From contig CAVPJD010000005.1 in the NCBI GenBank assembly GCA_963705165.1, positions 1-37,693 on the forward strand: 37,693 nt of DNA. The letters run 5' to 3'. A model generated the notes under the pieces. That model was not told where the DNA came from. It saw nothing but the letters and a program-made list of their open reading frames with translations, and did not search any database. Every line of letters starts with the position of its first letter. Positions within the stretch are counted from its first letter, which is position 1. This document shows positions 16,351 to 27,991 of this stretch, one piece after another. The DNA comes from an uncultured delta proteobacterium. GTDB taxonomy: Bacteria > Desulfobacterota > Syntrophia > Syntrophales > UBA2192. Position numbers and translations under genes: made by a program.

Positions 16351-17748
16351 TTACCCTTCGCCCTTCGCCTTTTTTTCCGCCTCCCCGATCTGCTTGAGCA
16401 CTTCCTTCTTCGCCGTCCCGCCGATCGTCTGCCGGGCATTGACGGCCTTTTTCACGGGGATGACGGCATAAACACCCTCATCGAAACCCGTGTAGAATTT
16501 CCGGAATTCCCGGAGGCTCAGATCGGAGAGATCTTTCCCCTTGGAGATGCAGTGGGCCACGAGCCGCCCGACGATCCCGTGGGCCTCCCGGAAGGGGACC
16601 CCACTCGTAACGAGGTATTCGGCCACGTCGGTGGCCGTCGAGAACCCCTTTGCGGACTCTTCCAGCATCCTGGGCCGGTTGAAGGTGAGCTTCCCGGCCA
16701 TCCCGTTGAGGACCATGAGGCTCATCTTCACCGTGTCAACGGTGTCGAAGAGGGGTTCCTTGTCCTCCTGCAGGTCCCGGTTGTAGGTCATCGGAAGCCC
16801 CTTCAGGACCGTGAGGATCTTCACGAGGTTGCCGTAGACCCGACCGGTTTTTCCCCGGACGAGCTCGGCCACGTCGGGGTTCTTCTTCTGGGGCATGATG
16901 CTCGAGCCCGTCGTGTAGGCGTCGGAGATCTCCACGAAGCCGAACTCGCCCGATGACCAGATGATGAGGTCCTCGCAGAAGCGGCTCAGATGCATCATGA
17001 CAAGGCCCGCATCGAAGATGAACTCGGCCACGAAATCCCGGTCGGCAACGGCGTCCATGCTGTTGGCCGAAATCGCTTTGAAGCCCAGCAGCTTCGCCGT
17101 GTACTTCCGGTCCAGCGGCAGGCTTGTGCCGGCAAGGGCAGCCGAGCCCAGGGGCATCACATTGACCCTCTCCAGACACTCTGCAAGCCTTGCCGCATCC
17201 CGCCCGAGCATCTCCCGGAAGGCTAGCAGATAGTGCGACAGGAGCACCGGCTGCGCCTTCTGCATGTGGGTGTAGCCGGGCATGATGGTGTCAATCTCCC
17301 TCCTGGCGAGGGCGACGAAGGTTTCCTGCAGCCCGGCAACGAGTTTCAGGATATCCCCGATCTCGTCCCTCAGGTAGAGACGCATGTCGAGGGAAACCTG
17401 ATCGTTGCGGCTCCGGCCGGTATGGACTTTGCCGCCTGTGGGACCGATCCGCTCGATGAGGCCCCGCTCGACGGCCATGTGGATGTCCTCGTCGGTCTGC
17501 ACGAACCGAAAGGCGCCCGAGCCGATTTCCGTCCGGATTTCGGCCAGGCCCTCGAGGATCTTCCCGGCGTCGGCGGGAGGGATGATCCCCTGCTTCTCCA
17601 GCATCCGGCAGTGGGCGATGCTCCCCTCGATGTCGTGGTCATAGAGCCTCATGTCAAAGGGAAGCGACGCCGTGAAGACCTCCACGAGCCGGTCCGTCTC
17701 CTCCGTAAACCGCCCGCTCCAGAGCTTTCTCCGTGTTTTTCCGCCCAT
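16351..17748 (-). CDS. argH: Argininosuccinate lyase
   Basis: LWSGRF, EDIHM, HTGRSRNDQ, MPGYTHMQKAQP, GSSIMPQKKNPD, YNRDLQEDK. Confidence 0.97.
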   Translation of the reverse strand: MGGKTRRKLWSGRFTEETDRLVEVFTASLPFDMRLYDHDIEGSIAHCRMLEKQGIIPPADAGKILEGLAEIRTEIGSGAFRFVQTDEDIHMAVERGLIERIGPTGGKVHTGRSRNDQVSLDMRLYLRDEIGDILKLVAGLQETFVALARREIDTIMPGYTHMQKAQPVLLSHYLLAFREMLGRDAARLAECLERVNVMPLGSAALAGTSLPLDRKYTAKLLGFKAISANSMDAVADRDFVAEFIFDAGLVMMHLSRFCEDLIIWSSGEFGFVEISDAYTTGSSIMPQKKNPDVAELVRGKTGRVYGNLVKILTVLKGLPMTYNRDLQEDKEPLFDTVDTVKMSLMVLNGMAGKLTFNRPRMLEESAKGFSTATDVAEYLVTSGVPFREAHGIVGRLVAHCISKGKDLSDLSLREFRKFYTGFDEGVYAVIPVKKAVNARQTIGGTAKKEVLKQIGEAEKKAKGEG

Positions 17749-17765
17749 GGTTCACCTATCCAGAC

Positions 17766-17859
17766 AGGCTAAAGGCAAAGTGGCTTAGGGCTTAGTGGCC
17801 GAATAAGCAAAGATTTTTCCCGTCTTTGCACTTACGCCTTTAGCCTTACGCCCCAAGCC
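17766..17859. repeat. Degenerate inverted arrays (GGCT(A/T)A(A/G)-like / GCCTT(A/T)-like)
   Basis: Lies in the argG-argH junction. Confidence 0.65.
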
Positions 17860-17868
17860 GCGTGGCGA

Positions 17869-19089
17869 TTAGCCACTCTTCTTTTTGAGGTATGCCGCGA
17901 TGCGCAGGCGCAGGGCGTTGAGCCGGATGAAGCCTGTGGCGTCTTTCTGCTCATAGCCACCGCTCTTCTCGAAGGAGGCGATGTCCTCGCTGTAGAGCGA
18001 GTTCGGCGATTTGCGGCCCACGACGATGCAGTTGCCTTTGTAGAGCTTCAGCCGTGCCGTGCCCGTGACGTTCTCCTGCGAGGCGTCAATGAACTGCTGC
18101 AGGGCCTTCATCTCGGGTGAGTACCAGAACCCGTTGTAGACGAGCTGGGCGTACTTCGGGATCAGCCCGTCGCGCATGAACATCACCTCGCGGTCCATGG
18201 TGATCGTCTCGACGGCCCGGTGAGCGGCCCAGAGCACAGTCCCTCCGGGGGTCTCGTAGACGCCGCGGGACTTCATGCCCACAAAGCGGTTCTCCACCAT
18301 GTCCACGCGGCCGATGCCGTTTGCGCCGGCAACGGTGTTCAAGTGATCGAGCAGCGTGGCCGGGCTCATCTTGACGCCGTCGACGGCCACGGGGTTTCCC
18401 TTCTCGAAGTCGATCTCCACGTAGGTCGGCTTGTCGGGAGCCTTTTCGGGGGAGACCGAAATCGTAAAAATGTCCTCCGTCGGCTCGTTCCAGGGATTCT
18501 CCAGGATGCCGCCCTCGTGGGAGATGTGCAGGGAGTTGCGGTCCGAGCTGTAGGGCTTGTCCTTCGACACGGGAAGGGGGATGTTGTGCTTGGCCGCGAA
18601 GTTGATCATGTCCTCCCGCGACGTGAAGGTCCACTTGTCGTCGCGCCAGGCGGCAATGATCCGGATGTCCGGGTCCAGGGCCATGTAGGTGAGTTCGAAT
18701 CGCACCTGGTCGTTCCCCTTGCCCGTGGCGCCGTGGCACACGGCATCGGCCTTCTCCCGGTGAGCGATCTCGATCTGCTTTTTGGCGATCAGCGGCCGGG
18801 CAATCGAGGTCCCCATCAGGTAGGTCCCCTCGTAGATGGCATTGGCCCGCAGCATGGGGAACACGAAGTCCCGGGCGAACTCCTCCCGCAAATCCTCGAT
18901 GGTGCACTTGCTGGCGCCCGTGCTGATGGCCTTCTGCTCGAGGCCGTCCAGCTCCTCCTTTTGTCCCACGTCGGCGGCAAAGGCGATGACCTCGCAGCCG
19001 GGGTAGGCTTCCAGGAGCCACTGAATGATGACCGACGTATCCAGTCCGCCCGAATAGGCGACAACCACTTTTTTTACCGGGTTCGACAC
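17869..19089 (-). CDS. argG: Argininosuccinate synthase
   Basis: [40 protein letters not shown]. Confidence 0.97.
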   Translation of the reverse strand: MSNPVKKVVVAYSGGLDTSVIIQWLLEAYPGCEVIAFAADVGQKEELDGLEQKAISTGASKCTIEDLREEFARDFVFPMLRANAIYEGTYLMGTSIARPLIAKKQIEIAHREKADAVCHGATGKGNDQVRFELTYMALDPDIRIIAAWRDDKWTFTSREDMINFAAKHNIPLPVSKDKPYSSDRNSLHISHEGGILENPWNEPTEDIFTISVSPEKAPDKPTYVEIDFEKGNPVAVDGVKMSPATLLDHLNTVAGANGIGRVDMVENRFVGMKSRGVYETPGGTVLWAAHRAVETITMDREVMFMRDGLIPKYAQLVYNGFWYSPEMKALQQFIDASQENVTGTARLKLYKGNCIVVGRKSPNSLYSEDIASFEKSGGYEQKDATGFIRLNALRLRIAAYLKKKSG

Positions 19090-19179
19090 TGTTTGTTCCT
19101 CCTCTTCCTCACCTTCAAACCTTCAACCCCTCTGCCTGCACACGGCCGGCAAAATCGTCTCATGGATCGTACGTAATTT

Positions 19180-20094
19180 TCACTTCAGCATCAGTATCTC
19201 GAGTATCGCTTTCTGCACGTGGAGCCTGTTCTCCGCCTCGTCCCAGACCACGGACCGGGGCCCGTCGAGGATCTCCGCGGAGATCTCCTCGCCGCGATGC
19301 GCCGGCAGGCAGTGCATGACGATGGCATCGGGCTTTGCGTGCTGCATCAGCTTCCGGTTCACCTGGTAGCCCTCGAAAACCTTCGCGCGGGCCTCCTGCT
19401 CGGACTCCTGGCCCATGCTGGCCCAGACGTCGGTGTAGACCACGTCGGCGTTCTTGACGGCCTGGACGGGATCGCGGAAAAGCGAGACCCCCTTCGGCGC
19501 CTTCTTCCTCCCCCTCTCCAGGATGCGGGCGTCGGGGTCATAACCCTTCGGGCAGGCCAGCGCGAGCTTGAAGGGGAGCTTTGCCGCCGCATCGATCCAG
19601 GAGTTGGCCATGTTGTTCCCGTCGCCCACGTAGGCGATCTTGAGCCCCGCGTAGGTGCCTTTCCTCTCGACGATGGTGAACAGATCGCTCACGATCTGGC
19701 AGGGGTGCATGAGATCCGTCAGGCCGTTGATGATCGGGATGGTGGCATGCCGGGCGAACTCCTCGACGGACTCCTGGGCGAAGGTCCGGATCATGACGGC
19801 ATCGAGGTAGCGCGAGACGATCCTCGCCGTATCCGCGATGGTCTCGCCCCGTCCCAGCTGCGTGTCGCGGCTGTTGAGGTAGATGGCGAGCCCGCCCAGC
19901 TGATACATCCCGGCCTCGAACGAAAGCCTCGTTCGCGTCGAGGATTTGTCGAAGATCATCCCCAGCGTCTTGCCGGCCAGGGGCTGGTAAATGATCCCGT
20001 CCTTCAGCATGGCCTTCAGCGTTGCCGCATGGCTGAAGATCCGGTCGAAATCCCTTCTCGTCAGATCGTAGACACTCAGAAAATCTTTTTTCAA
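19180..20094 (-). CDS. argF: Ornithine carbamoyltransferase
   Basis: STRTR, HPCQ, GDGNN, YTDVWASMGQE, HCLPAHRGEE. Confidence 0.97.
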   Translation of the reverse strand: MKKDFLSVYDLTRRDFDRIFSHAATLKAMLKDGIIYQPLAGKTLGMIFDKSSTRTRLSFEAGMYQLGGLAIYLNSRDTQLGRGETIADTARIVSRYLDAVMIRTFAQESVEEFARHATIPIINGLTDLMHPCQIVSDLFTIVERKGTYAGLKIAYVGDGNNMANSWIDAAAKLPFKLALACPKGYDPDARILERGRKKAPKGVSLFRDPVQAVKNADVVYTDVWASMGQESEQEARAKVFEGYQVNRKLMQHAKPDAIVMHCLPAHRGEEISAEILDGPRSVVWDEAENRLHVQKAILEILMLK

Positions 20095-21275
20095 CGCACC
20101 ATCACCTCATCGAGAACTTGCACCAGCCTGTCCACATCCTGCCTCGTGACGACCAGAGGCGGCACCATCCGGAGGATATGATCAAACGTACAGTTTATGA
20201 GAACCCCCCGCTCGAGACAGGCCTTCACGATGGAATTGCCCTCGACGGTGAGATCCAGGCCAACCAGGAGCCCCTTGCCGCGCACCTCCTGGACAACGGG
20301 GTGATCCTTCCTCAGCGACCAGAGCCGCTCCTGCAGGTATTCGCCCATCTTCCGGCAGTTCTCCAAAAATCCTTCCGCCAGGATCGTCTCCAGGGTCGCG
20401 ATCGCCGCCGCCATGGCAAGCGGGTTTCCTCCGAAAGTGGAGGCGTGGGTTCCCGGGCCGAAGCTGGCCGCGATCTTCTCCGTCGCGACGAGCGCCCCCA
20501 CCGGGATCCCATTGCCGAGGGCCTTGGCCAGCGTCATAATGTCGGGCTTGACGCCGTAGTGCTCGCAGCCGAAGAGCTTGCCGGTCCGGCCCATGCCCGT
20601 CTGCACCTCGTCGAGGATCATGAGGATGCCCTTTCGGTCGCAGATCTCCCGGACGGCCCTCAGGTAACCCTCGTCGGGCACCCGGACGCCGCCCTCGCCC
20701 TGGATGGGCTCGAGCAGGACGGCACAGGTCTTCTTCGAAACGGCTTTCTCGAGGGCCTTCGCGTCGTTGAAGGGGACGTACCGGAACCCTACCGGCAGCG
20801 GGGAGAAGCCCACGTGGAACTTCTCCTGGCCCGTGGCCGTAATGGCCGCCAGTGTCCTGCCGTGGAAGGACCCCTTCATGGTGAGGATCTCGTAGCGCCC
20901 GTTCAGGTTGTCGTGGCCGTACTTGCGCGCCAGCTTGATGGCCGCCTCGTTGGCCTCGGCCCCGCTGTTGCAGAAGAACACCCGGTCGGCGAAGGAGTGC
21001 TCCACCAGCATCCCGGCAAACCGGATCTGGGGCTCCGTGTAGTAGAGGTTGGAGACGTGCATCAGGGTGCCGGCCTGCCTGCAGATGGCCTCGACCACCT
21101 TCGGGTGCGAGTGCCCCAGGCTGCAGACAGCGATCCCCGCGACGAAGTCGACGTACTCCTTCCCCTCGGTGTCCCAGAGGTGCGCGCCCTCGCCCCGCAC
21201 AAAGACAACGGGCTGGCGCCTGTAGGTCCCGATGATGTTTTTCTCCGATGCGGCAATCAGTTCTTCTTTGTTCAT
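20091..21275 (-). CDS. argD: Acetylornithine aminotransferase
   Basis: NSGAEANEAAIKLAR, SFHGRT, EPIQGEGG, DEVQTGMGRTG, LAKALGNG, HASTFGGNPL; arg operon context. Confidence 0.95.
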   Translation of the reverse strand: MNKEELIAASEKNIIGTYRRQPVVFVRGEGAHLWDTEGKEYVDFVAGIAVCSLGHSHPKVVEAICRQAGTLMHVSNLYYTEPQIRFAGMLVEHSFADRVFFCNSGAEANEAAIKLARKYGHDNLNGRYEILTMKGSFHGRTLAAITATGQEKFHVGFSPLPVGFRYVPFNDAKALEKAVSKKTCAVLLEPIQGEGGVRVPDEGYLRAVREICDRKGILMILDEVQTGMGRTGKLFGCEHYGVKPDIMTLAKALGNGIPVGALVATEKIAASFGPGTHASTFGGNPLAMAAAIATLETILAEGFLENCRKMGEYLQERLWSLRKDHPVVQEVRGKGLLVGLDLTVEGNSIVKACLERGVLINCTFDHILRMVPPLVVTRQDVDRLVQVLDEVMVR

Positions 21276-21292
21276 TCTACCCAACCTTAAGA

Positions 21293-22312
<1,020 letters not shown>

Positions 22313-22324
22313 TCAACCTGGCAA

Positions 22325-22430
22325 AGGGTTCAGGGGCCAGGGTTCAGGGTCAAGGGGAGGAAGTCGAATCCTTGTTCTTGTATACCCTATACCCTGTACC
22401 CTATACCCGGTACCCTATACCCGGTACCCT
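22325..22430. repeat. Inverted pair of heptamer arrays (AGGGTTC-like / TATACCC-like x7)
   Basis: Lies in the hslU-argB junction. Confidence 0.9.
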
Positions 22431-22432
22431 TC

Positions 22433-23800
22433 TCAAAGGATGTAACGACTCAGATCCTCGTCCTCGACGATATTCTCGAGCTTGTCTTTCACGTAGGCCG
22501 CATCGATGACGATTTCGCTCTTTTTCATCTCCGGCGCATCAAAGGAGATTTCCTCGAGCAGCGTCTCCATGATCGTGTAGAGGCGACGGGCGCCGATGTT
22601 CTCGGTGCGCTCGTTGACGATGGTGGCCACCTCGGCGATCTCTGCGATGGCATCCTCGGTATACTCGATCGTCACCTCTTCCGTTGCCAGCATCTCGATG
22701 TATTGCTTCACCAGGGCGTTGGACGGCTCCGTGAGGATCCGGACAAAGTCCTCTTTCGTGAGCGAGTCGAGCTCGACCCGGATCGGGAAGCGGCCCTGCA
22801 GCTCCGGGATCAAATCCGAAGGCTTCGTCGTGCTGAAGGCCCCGGCGGCGATGAAGAGGATGTGGTCCGTCTTCACCATGCCGTATTTTGTATTGACCGT
22901 CGAGCCCTCCACGATGGGCAGCAGATCGCGCTGGACGCCTTCCCGGGACACGTCCGGCCCGTGCGAGGTGTTGCTCCCCACGATTTTGTCGATCTCATCG
23001 AGGAAGATGATCCCCGATTGCTCGACACGGGTGAGGGCTCCCCGGATCACCTTGTCCATGTCGACCAGGCGCAGCACCTCCTCTTCCTCGAGGATCGTGA
23101 GCGCCTCGGGGATCCTCAAGCGGCGCTGCTTTTTCTTCTGCGGAAAGAGGTTCCCGAACATCTCCTTGATGTTGAGACCCAGGTCCTCGACACCGGAGGA
23201 CGAGAAAACCTCGATCATGGGGCTCCCTGCCTTCTCGGTGATCTCCAGGTTGACGACACGGTTGTCGAGCTTTCCTTCGCGAAGCATCTGGCGGAGCTTC
23301 TCGCGGGTGTCCGCGGAGCCCGCCTCGCTCTGATCCGCCGTCGTCTCCGTCCCGTCTGGGCTCCGGATCTCGGCCCGCTTCATGGGGAGCAGCAGGTCCA
23401 GGACGCGGTCCTCGGCCATCTCTTTCGCCTTGGCCCGGACGTTCTCCATCTCCTCCTTCTTGATCAGGCTCACGGCGATCTCCATGATGTCGCGGATCAT
23501 GGAATCCACGTCGCGCCCCACATAGCCCACTTCCGTGAACTTCGAGGCCTCGATCTTGAGAAACGGCGAATTGTCCAGCTTGGCGAGCCTCCGGGCGATC
23601 TCCGTCTTGCCCACGCCCGTGGGGCCGATCATGATGATGTTCTTCGGGGCGATCTCGTCGCGCAGATCGGCCCGGACGTTTTGGCGCCTCCAGCGGTTTC
23701 TGAGCGCGATGGCCACGGCCCGCTTGGCGTCGCCCTGGCCGACGATGTATTTGTCCAACTCGGAGACGATTTTTTTTGGTGTAAGTTCAATTGCCGACAT
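22433..23800 (-). CDS. hslU: ATP-dependent protease ATPase subunit HslU
   Basis: [56 protein letters not shown]. Confidence 0.98.
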   Translation of the reverse strand: MSAIELTPKKIVSELDKYIVGQGDAKRAVAIALRNRWRRQNVRADLRDEIAPKNIIMIGPTGVGKTEIARRLAKLDNSPFLKIEASKFTEVGYVGRDVDSMIRDIMEIAVSLIKKEEMENVRAKAKEMAEDRVLDLLLPMKRAEIRSPDGTETTADQSEAGSADTREKLRQMLREGKLDNRVVNLEITEKAGSPMIEVFSSSGVEDLGLNIKEMFGNLFPQKKKQRRLRIPEALTILEEEEVLRLVDMDKVIRGALTRVEQSGIIFLDEIDKIVGSNTSHGPDVSREGVQRDLLPIVEGSTVNTKYGMVKTDHILFIAAGAFSTTKPSDLIPELQGRFPIRVELDSLTKEDFVRILTEPSNALVKQYIEMLATEEVTIEYTEDAIAEIAEVATIVNERTENIGARRLYTIMETLLEEISFDAPEMKKSEIVIDAAYVKDKLENIVEDEDLSRYIL

Positions 23801-24422
23801 GATTGATTACTTTCTTTGCTTTCCTTTCACCTTTGTCCGGTTCGGCCGGCTCTTCCTCGGTGAGATCGATCTCCTCGATCGTGATCCGGTCGTTCGTGTA
23901 GACACACAACTCCGAGGCAATCCGCATGGACTCCCGGGCGATCTCGGCGGCATCCAGATCGGAGTGTTTCACAAGGGCACGCGCCGCCGCCTGGGCGTAA
24001 GGGCCGCCGGAACCGATGGCGGCTACGTTGTCGTCGGACTCGATCACGTCGCCGTTTCCCGAGATGATGAGGAAGTCTTCCCGGCTGACGGCGATCATGA
24101 GGGCCTCCAGGTGCCTGAGCACCCGGTCCGTGCGCCAGTCCTTTGTCAGCTCCACGGCTGCCCGCAGGAGGTTTCCGTTGTACTGCTCGAGCTTCTGGTC
24201 GAAGCGGTCGAAGAGCGTGAAGGCGTCCGCCGTGGCGCCGGCAAAGCCGACGATGACCCTGTTGTGAAAGAGACGGCGGACCTTGCGCGCGCTGTGCTTG
24301 ATGATCGTCTGGTCGAAGGTCACCTGCCCGTCCCCTGCAACGACGACCTTGTCCTTGTGCTTCAGTGCGATGATGGTGGTGCCTCTGAATCTGCATCTTG
24401 TCCTGCGCCATAGTCTCCTCAT
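23787..24422 (-). CDS. hslV: ATP-dependent protease subunit HslV (start uncertain)
   Basis: [35 protein letters not shown]. The ATG with the best RBS (24411) is out of frame. Confidence 0.93.
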   Translation of the reverse strand: MRRLWRRTRCRFRGTTIIALKHKDKVVVAGDGQVTFDQTIIKHSARKVRRLFHNRVIVGFAGATADAFTLFDRFDQKLEQYNGNLLRAAVELTKDWRTDRVLRHLEALMIAVSREDFLIISGNGDVIESDDNVAAIGSGGPYAQAAARALVKHSDLDAAEIARESMRIASELCVYTNDRITIEEIDLTEEEPAEPDKGERKAKKVINHVGN

Positions 24423-24439
24423 TATTACCAGCCCGGCTG

Positions 24440-24525
24440 AGCGTGTAGCGTGTCGCGTATAGCGTGTAGGAAGAAAAGAACGCGGGGTTTTGCCTACACG
24501 CTACCCCCTACACCCTACACGCTAT
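24440..24525. repeat. Inverted pair of heptamer arrays (GCGTGTA / CTACAC(G/C))
   Basis: Lies in the xerC-hslV junction; same family at 11925-11951 and 36509-36744. Confidence 0.85.
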
Positions 24526-25448
24526 CCTTTAGCTTTCGGATGCGCCTTGTCGTAGATCTCCATCAGCTTCGCCACGCTCACCGACGTGTACTTCTGTGTC
24601 GTCGAGAGGTTCTCGTGTCCCAGCAGTTCCTGGATGGCCCTCAGGTCCGCCCCCGCGTCGAGCAGGTGCGTCGCGAAGCTGTGCCTCAGCGTATGGGGGC
24701 TCACCTTCTTGCTGATCCCGCTCAGCAAGACATATCGGTCGACGATCCGGGCCACGCTCCGCGGGGTGATCCTCCTGCCGCTTCGGCTCATGAAGAGGGG
24801 CGGGTCCGCCTCGCTCCTTTGCTGCTTCTGTAAATACTCATTCCTTCCTGCCAGGTATTCCTGCACGGACCGCAGCGCCTGTTCGCCCACCGGAACGATC
24901 CGCTCTTTTTTGCCCTTCCCGCGGACCTTCACAAGGCTCTGGCCAAAGTCGATATCACCCAGGTTGAGCCCCGTCAGTTCGCTCACCCGCATACCCGAGG
25001 AATAAAAGAGTTCGAGCATGGCCCGGTCCCGGATGCCCGCGGCATCTTCGGCGAACTTCAGGTTCAAAAGCGAAAACATCTCCTCCACCAGCAGAAAGGT
25101 GGGGAGATATTTTTCCGCCTTCGGGGCCTGGACCATCTCGGCCGGGTTCACCCGGACCCTGCCTTCCCGAAGGAGGTAGTTGAAGAAGGTGCGAAGGGCG
25201 GAGATCTTCCTGACGATCGTCACCTTCCGGACCTTCCGGCGGTACAGCGAGCTGAGGAAAGACCGGACGGCCACATGGTCGATGGCCTCGAGCTGTCCAC
25301 GCTCCAACGCATCCAGGGGGATCAGGCCGTTTTCCTCCAGATACTGCCGGAACTGCCTGACGTCCGCCAGGTAGCCGCGCAGGGTGTGCGGACTCAGGTT
25401 CCTTTCCGTCGCCAGGTGGAGCCCGAATTCCTCAATGGCCTTCTCCAT
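24522..25448 (-). CDS. xerC: Tyrosine recombinase XerC
   Basis: ERNLSPHT, RDRAMLELFYSSGMRVSEL, GKGKKERIVP, PHTLRHSFATHLL, LLGHENLSTTQKYT, HPKA; xerC-hslVU synteny. Confidence 0.92.
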   Translation of the reverse strand: MEKAIEEFGLHLATERNLSPHTLRGYLADVRQFRQYLEENGLIPLDALERGQLEAIDHVAVRSFLSSLYRRKVRKVTIVRKISALRTFFNYLLREGRVRVNPAEMVQAPKAEKYLPTFLLVEEMFSLLNLKFAEDAAGIRDRAMLELFYSSGMRVSELTGLNLGDIDFGQSLVKVRGKGKKERIVPVGEQALRSVQEYLAGRNEYLQKQQRSEADPPLFMSRSGRRITPRSVARIVDRYVLLSGISKKVSPHTLRHSFATHLLDAGADLRAIQELLGHENLSTTQKYTSVSVAKLMEIYDKAHPKAKG

Positions 25449-25523
25449 TGCTCCTGTCCTGCCAGCTGTTTACCGGTGGCATACCCTCGATATCCTTGCG
25501 TTCATCCGAGGATATCAAGCCTG

Positions 25524-25621
25524 CGAAGATCGGAAGATCGGAAGCGAGGAAGAGCGGATAAGAAAAGAAATGAATTCTGCATCCACTCCGCTCTTCTGCT
25601 CTTCATAACTTCCTAACTTCG
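25524..25621. repeat. Inverted pair of octamer arrays (GAAGATCG-like / GCTCTTC, AACTTC-like)
   Basis: Lies upstream of xerC. Confidence 0.8.
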
Positions 25622-25894
25622 AAATCCAGCGTGGTTATCCCGCCCCCGAACGCTTACGCAGGGCTTGACGCTGTCTCTATACCAGCCGCCAATAAAAATA
25701 GCCACGAAAACGCGGGAATAAGTCCAAAAATTAAAATTCCTCGCACCCAGGTGCCAGGAATTTAGAAACGTGTGGAAGTGGGTTACCTGTTATTATGCTC
25801 GCTTGCCCCGCAGCAAGCTGCGGGGAGTGCGCGTGCAATCGTTTTCATATTTATGACTACTTTATGCGCTTCAGTGGCAAACAGGCCGTTTCGA

Positions 25895-26119
25895 TCATGT
25901 GCAGCGTCGGATCCCGGCGAAGTAACAGCACCAGGCGTTCGCGAAATTGTTGTCGAAGACGCGAACGCGTCCGTCCTTGAAAACGATCTTTACATAAGAG
26001 CTCCCGCCGAGCACGAGGGAGTTTCGTTCCTCCACCACTTCACCCGTGCCCCAGTAGGGGTAGCGGAGGTGGACGACCTTATCCCCCATTTTCAGATAGA
26101 TGCGTCGTGTCTCTTCCAC
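25895..26119 (-). CDS. Small SH3-like protein (DUF3553-like)
   Basis: GDKVVH..WGTGEVVE..VKIVFKDG pattern; C-terminal CCYFAGIRR; follows the DUF151 gene. Confidence 0.7.
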   Translation of the reverse strand: MEETRRIYLKMGDKVVHLRYPYWGTGEVVEERNSLVLGGSSYVKIVFKDGRVRVFDNNFANAWCCYFAGIRRCT

Positions 26120-26150
26120 CTCGGGGCCTCTTAGGGATGCGACCGCATCG

Positions 26151-26651
26151 TCACATCTTGTACTTCCCGAAATCCTCTTCGGGAAGGTTCTCCAGAAACT
26201 CCTTGAGCTCTTCCGTTTTCTTCTTGTCGAGCTCGTCCACCTTCTTGGCGAAGTCGATGTTGCGCGACTTCTCGATGACCGTCTCGTCGATGAAGATCGG
26301 GCAGTTGACCCTCAGGGCGAGCGCGATGGCGTCGCTCGGCCTCGAGTCGACGATGAGGGTGTCGCCGTTGCGCTGCAGGTGGATGCAGGCAAAGAACGTG
26401 TTGTTCCTCAGATCGATGATCTCGATCCTGCTGACCTTTGCCGCGAGGATCTTCAGAAGATCCCGCATCAGGTCGTGAGTCATGGGCCTCGAGAAGCTGA
26501 TCTTCTCGAGCTCCGTGGCGATGGCGCTTGCTTCGAAGAGGCCGATCCAGATGGGCACCGCCCGCTTTCCCTCCAGATCCTTCAGGATCACGATGGGGGT
26601 GTTGGTCAGCGGGTCGATGGTCAGACCGGACACCTTCATTTCCACAAACAT
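26151..26651 (-). CDS. Bifunctional nuclease family protein (DUF151/BFN)
   Basis: PIVILK, PIWIGLFEA, RPMTHDL, DSRPSDAIALALR. Confidence 0.93.
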   Translation of the reverse strand: MFVEMKVSGLTIDPLTNTPIVILKDLEGKRAVPIWIGLFEASAIATELEKISFSRPMTHDLMRDLLKILAAKVSRIEIIDLRNNTFFACIHLQRNGDTLIVDSRPSDAIALALRVNCPIFIDETVIEKSRNIDFAKKVDELDKKKTEELKEFLENLPEEDFGKYKM

Positions 26652-26668
26652 CTACGAACACCTCCGAT

Positions 26669-27991
26669 TCAATCCAGCCTCTCACCGCGAAGGGAATGCA
26701 AAAAGGCTTCCACAATCCGAACCCGAACGGTTTTCCCTACGAGATCCCTGCCGCCTGTGAAGTTCACAATCTTGTGAGTTCTCGTGCGGCCCATCACGTC
26801 CCGGGAGGTTTTGCGGCTCGACCCTTCCACGAGGACCTCCACGGTCTTGCCAACCAGGGTGTCGTTTTTCTCCTGGGTGTGCCGGTCCTGGAGGGCCTGG
26901 ATCTCGATGAGCCGTTTGCGTTTCTCGTCGGGATTTACCTTCCCGTCGAGCCCGACAGCCGCCGTTCCCTTTCTCTCGGAATACTGGAACGAGAATAAGG
27001 TATCAAACCTAACTTTTTCCATCAGGTCAAGCGTTTTCTGGTAGTCCTGCTCCGTCTCTCCGGGGAAACCCACGATGATGTCCGAGCTGATGGCGATGTC
27101 CGGACAGGCCTCTCTCAACTTGCGAACGCAATCGAGATAATCGGCACTTGCGTACCTGCGGTTCATCCGCGCGAGCACCGCGTCGGCGCCCGACTGAACA
27201 GGCAGGTGGATGCTCCCGCAAAGGGCCTTCACGCTCCGGAAGCACTCGATGATGTCATCGGTCAGATCCTTGGGGTGAGAGGTGGTGAAACGGATGCGCT
27301 CGATCCCCTCGATCTCCCCGATGGCCCGGAGAAGCTCTGAAAAGCTGTGGTCGTTGCCGGGGCTCTTCCCGTAGGAATTCACGTTTTGCCCGAGCAGCGT
27401 CACCTCCTTCACGCCGTGGGCGGCCAGGGCCCTCACCTCGGTCAGGATGTCGTGGAATTTCCGGCTCTCCTCGCGGCCGCGCAGGTACGGCACGACGCAG
27501 AAGGCGCAGTAGTTGTCGCAGCCCTGCATGATCGTGACGAAGGCGCTCACAGATCCCTTTTCGGGCAGGGCCAGGATCCCGATGGAGGGCACCGTCTCGT
27601 TAAAGCCCGTCTCGACGACGGGGCGGCCCGTTTTCTCGACCCGTGAGATCAATTCGGGAAGGCGGTGGATGTTGTGGGTACCGAAGACGATATCCAGCCA
27701 GGGGATCTTCTCGAGGAGGCGTTCCCCCTGCTGCTGAGCGACGCAGCCGCAGACCCCGATGATCAGATGCGGATTGGCCTTCCTGAGGGGCTTGTACCGG
27801 CCGAGCTCGCTGTAGACCTTCTGTTCCGCCTTGTCCCGGATGCTGCAGGTGTTGACGATGATGAGGTCGGCGTCCTTCGCGCTCCCCGCTGTGCCGTATC
27901 CCGAGCTTTTGAGAAGTTCCGCCAGCTGCTCGGAGTCGTGGACATTCATCTGGCAGCCGAAGGTCCGAATGAAAAGTTTTTTCGTGGTCAA
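26669..27991 (-). CDS. miaB: tRNA (N6-isopentenyl adenosine(37)-C2)-methylthiotransferase MiaB
   Basis: TFGCQMNVHDSE, NTCSIR, GCVAQ, GCDNYCAFCVVPYLRGRE, LGQNVNSYG, RFTTSHP, C-terminal TRAM domain. Confidence 0.96.
   Translation of the reverse strand: MTTKKLFIRTFGCQMNVHDSEQLAELLKSSGYGTAGSAKDADLIIVNTCSIRDKAEQKVYSELGRYKPLRKANPHLIIGVCGCVAQQQGERLLEKIPWLDIVFGTHNIHRLPELISRVEKTGRPVVETGFNETVPSIGILALPEKGSVSAFVTIMQGCDNYCAFCVVPYLRGREESRKFHDILTEVRALAAHGVKEVTLLGQNVNSYGKSPGNDHSFSELLRAIGEIEGIERIRFTTSHPKDLTDDIIECFRSVKALCGSIHLPVQSGADAVLARMNRRYASADYLDCVRKLREACPDIAISSDIIVGFPGETEQDYQKTLDLMEKVRFDTLFSFQYSERKGTAAVGLDGKVNPDEKRKRLIEIQALQDRHTQEKNDTLVGKTVEVLVEGSSRKTSRDVMGRTRTHKIVNFTGGRDLVGKTVRVRIVEAFLHSLRGERLD

Noticed and set aside
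19098..19131. Pyrimidine-rich ACCTTCA-like repeats upstream of argG
   Set aside because: Only 2-3 degenerate units with no partner arm, partly explained by the argG RBS; too weak to list separately.
24522..25448. Tyrosine recombinase as a phage or island integrase
   Set aside because: Motifs and xerC-hslVU synteny indicate housekeeping XerC; no att sites or phage genes were seen.
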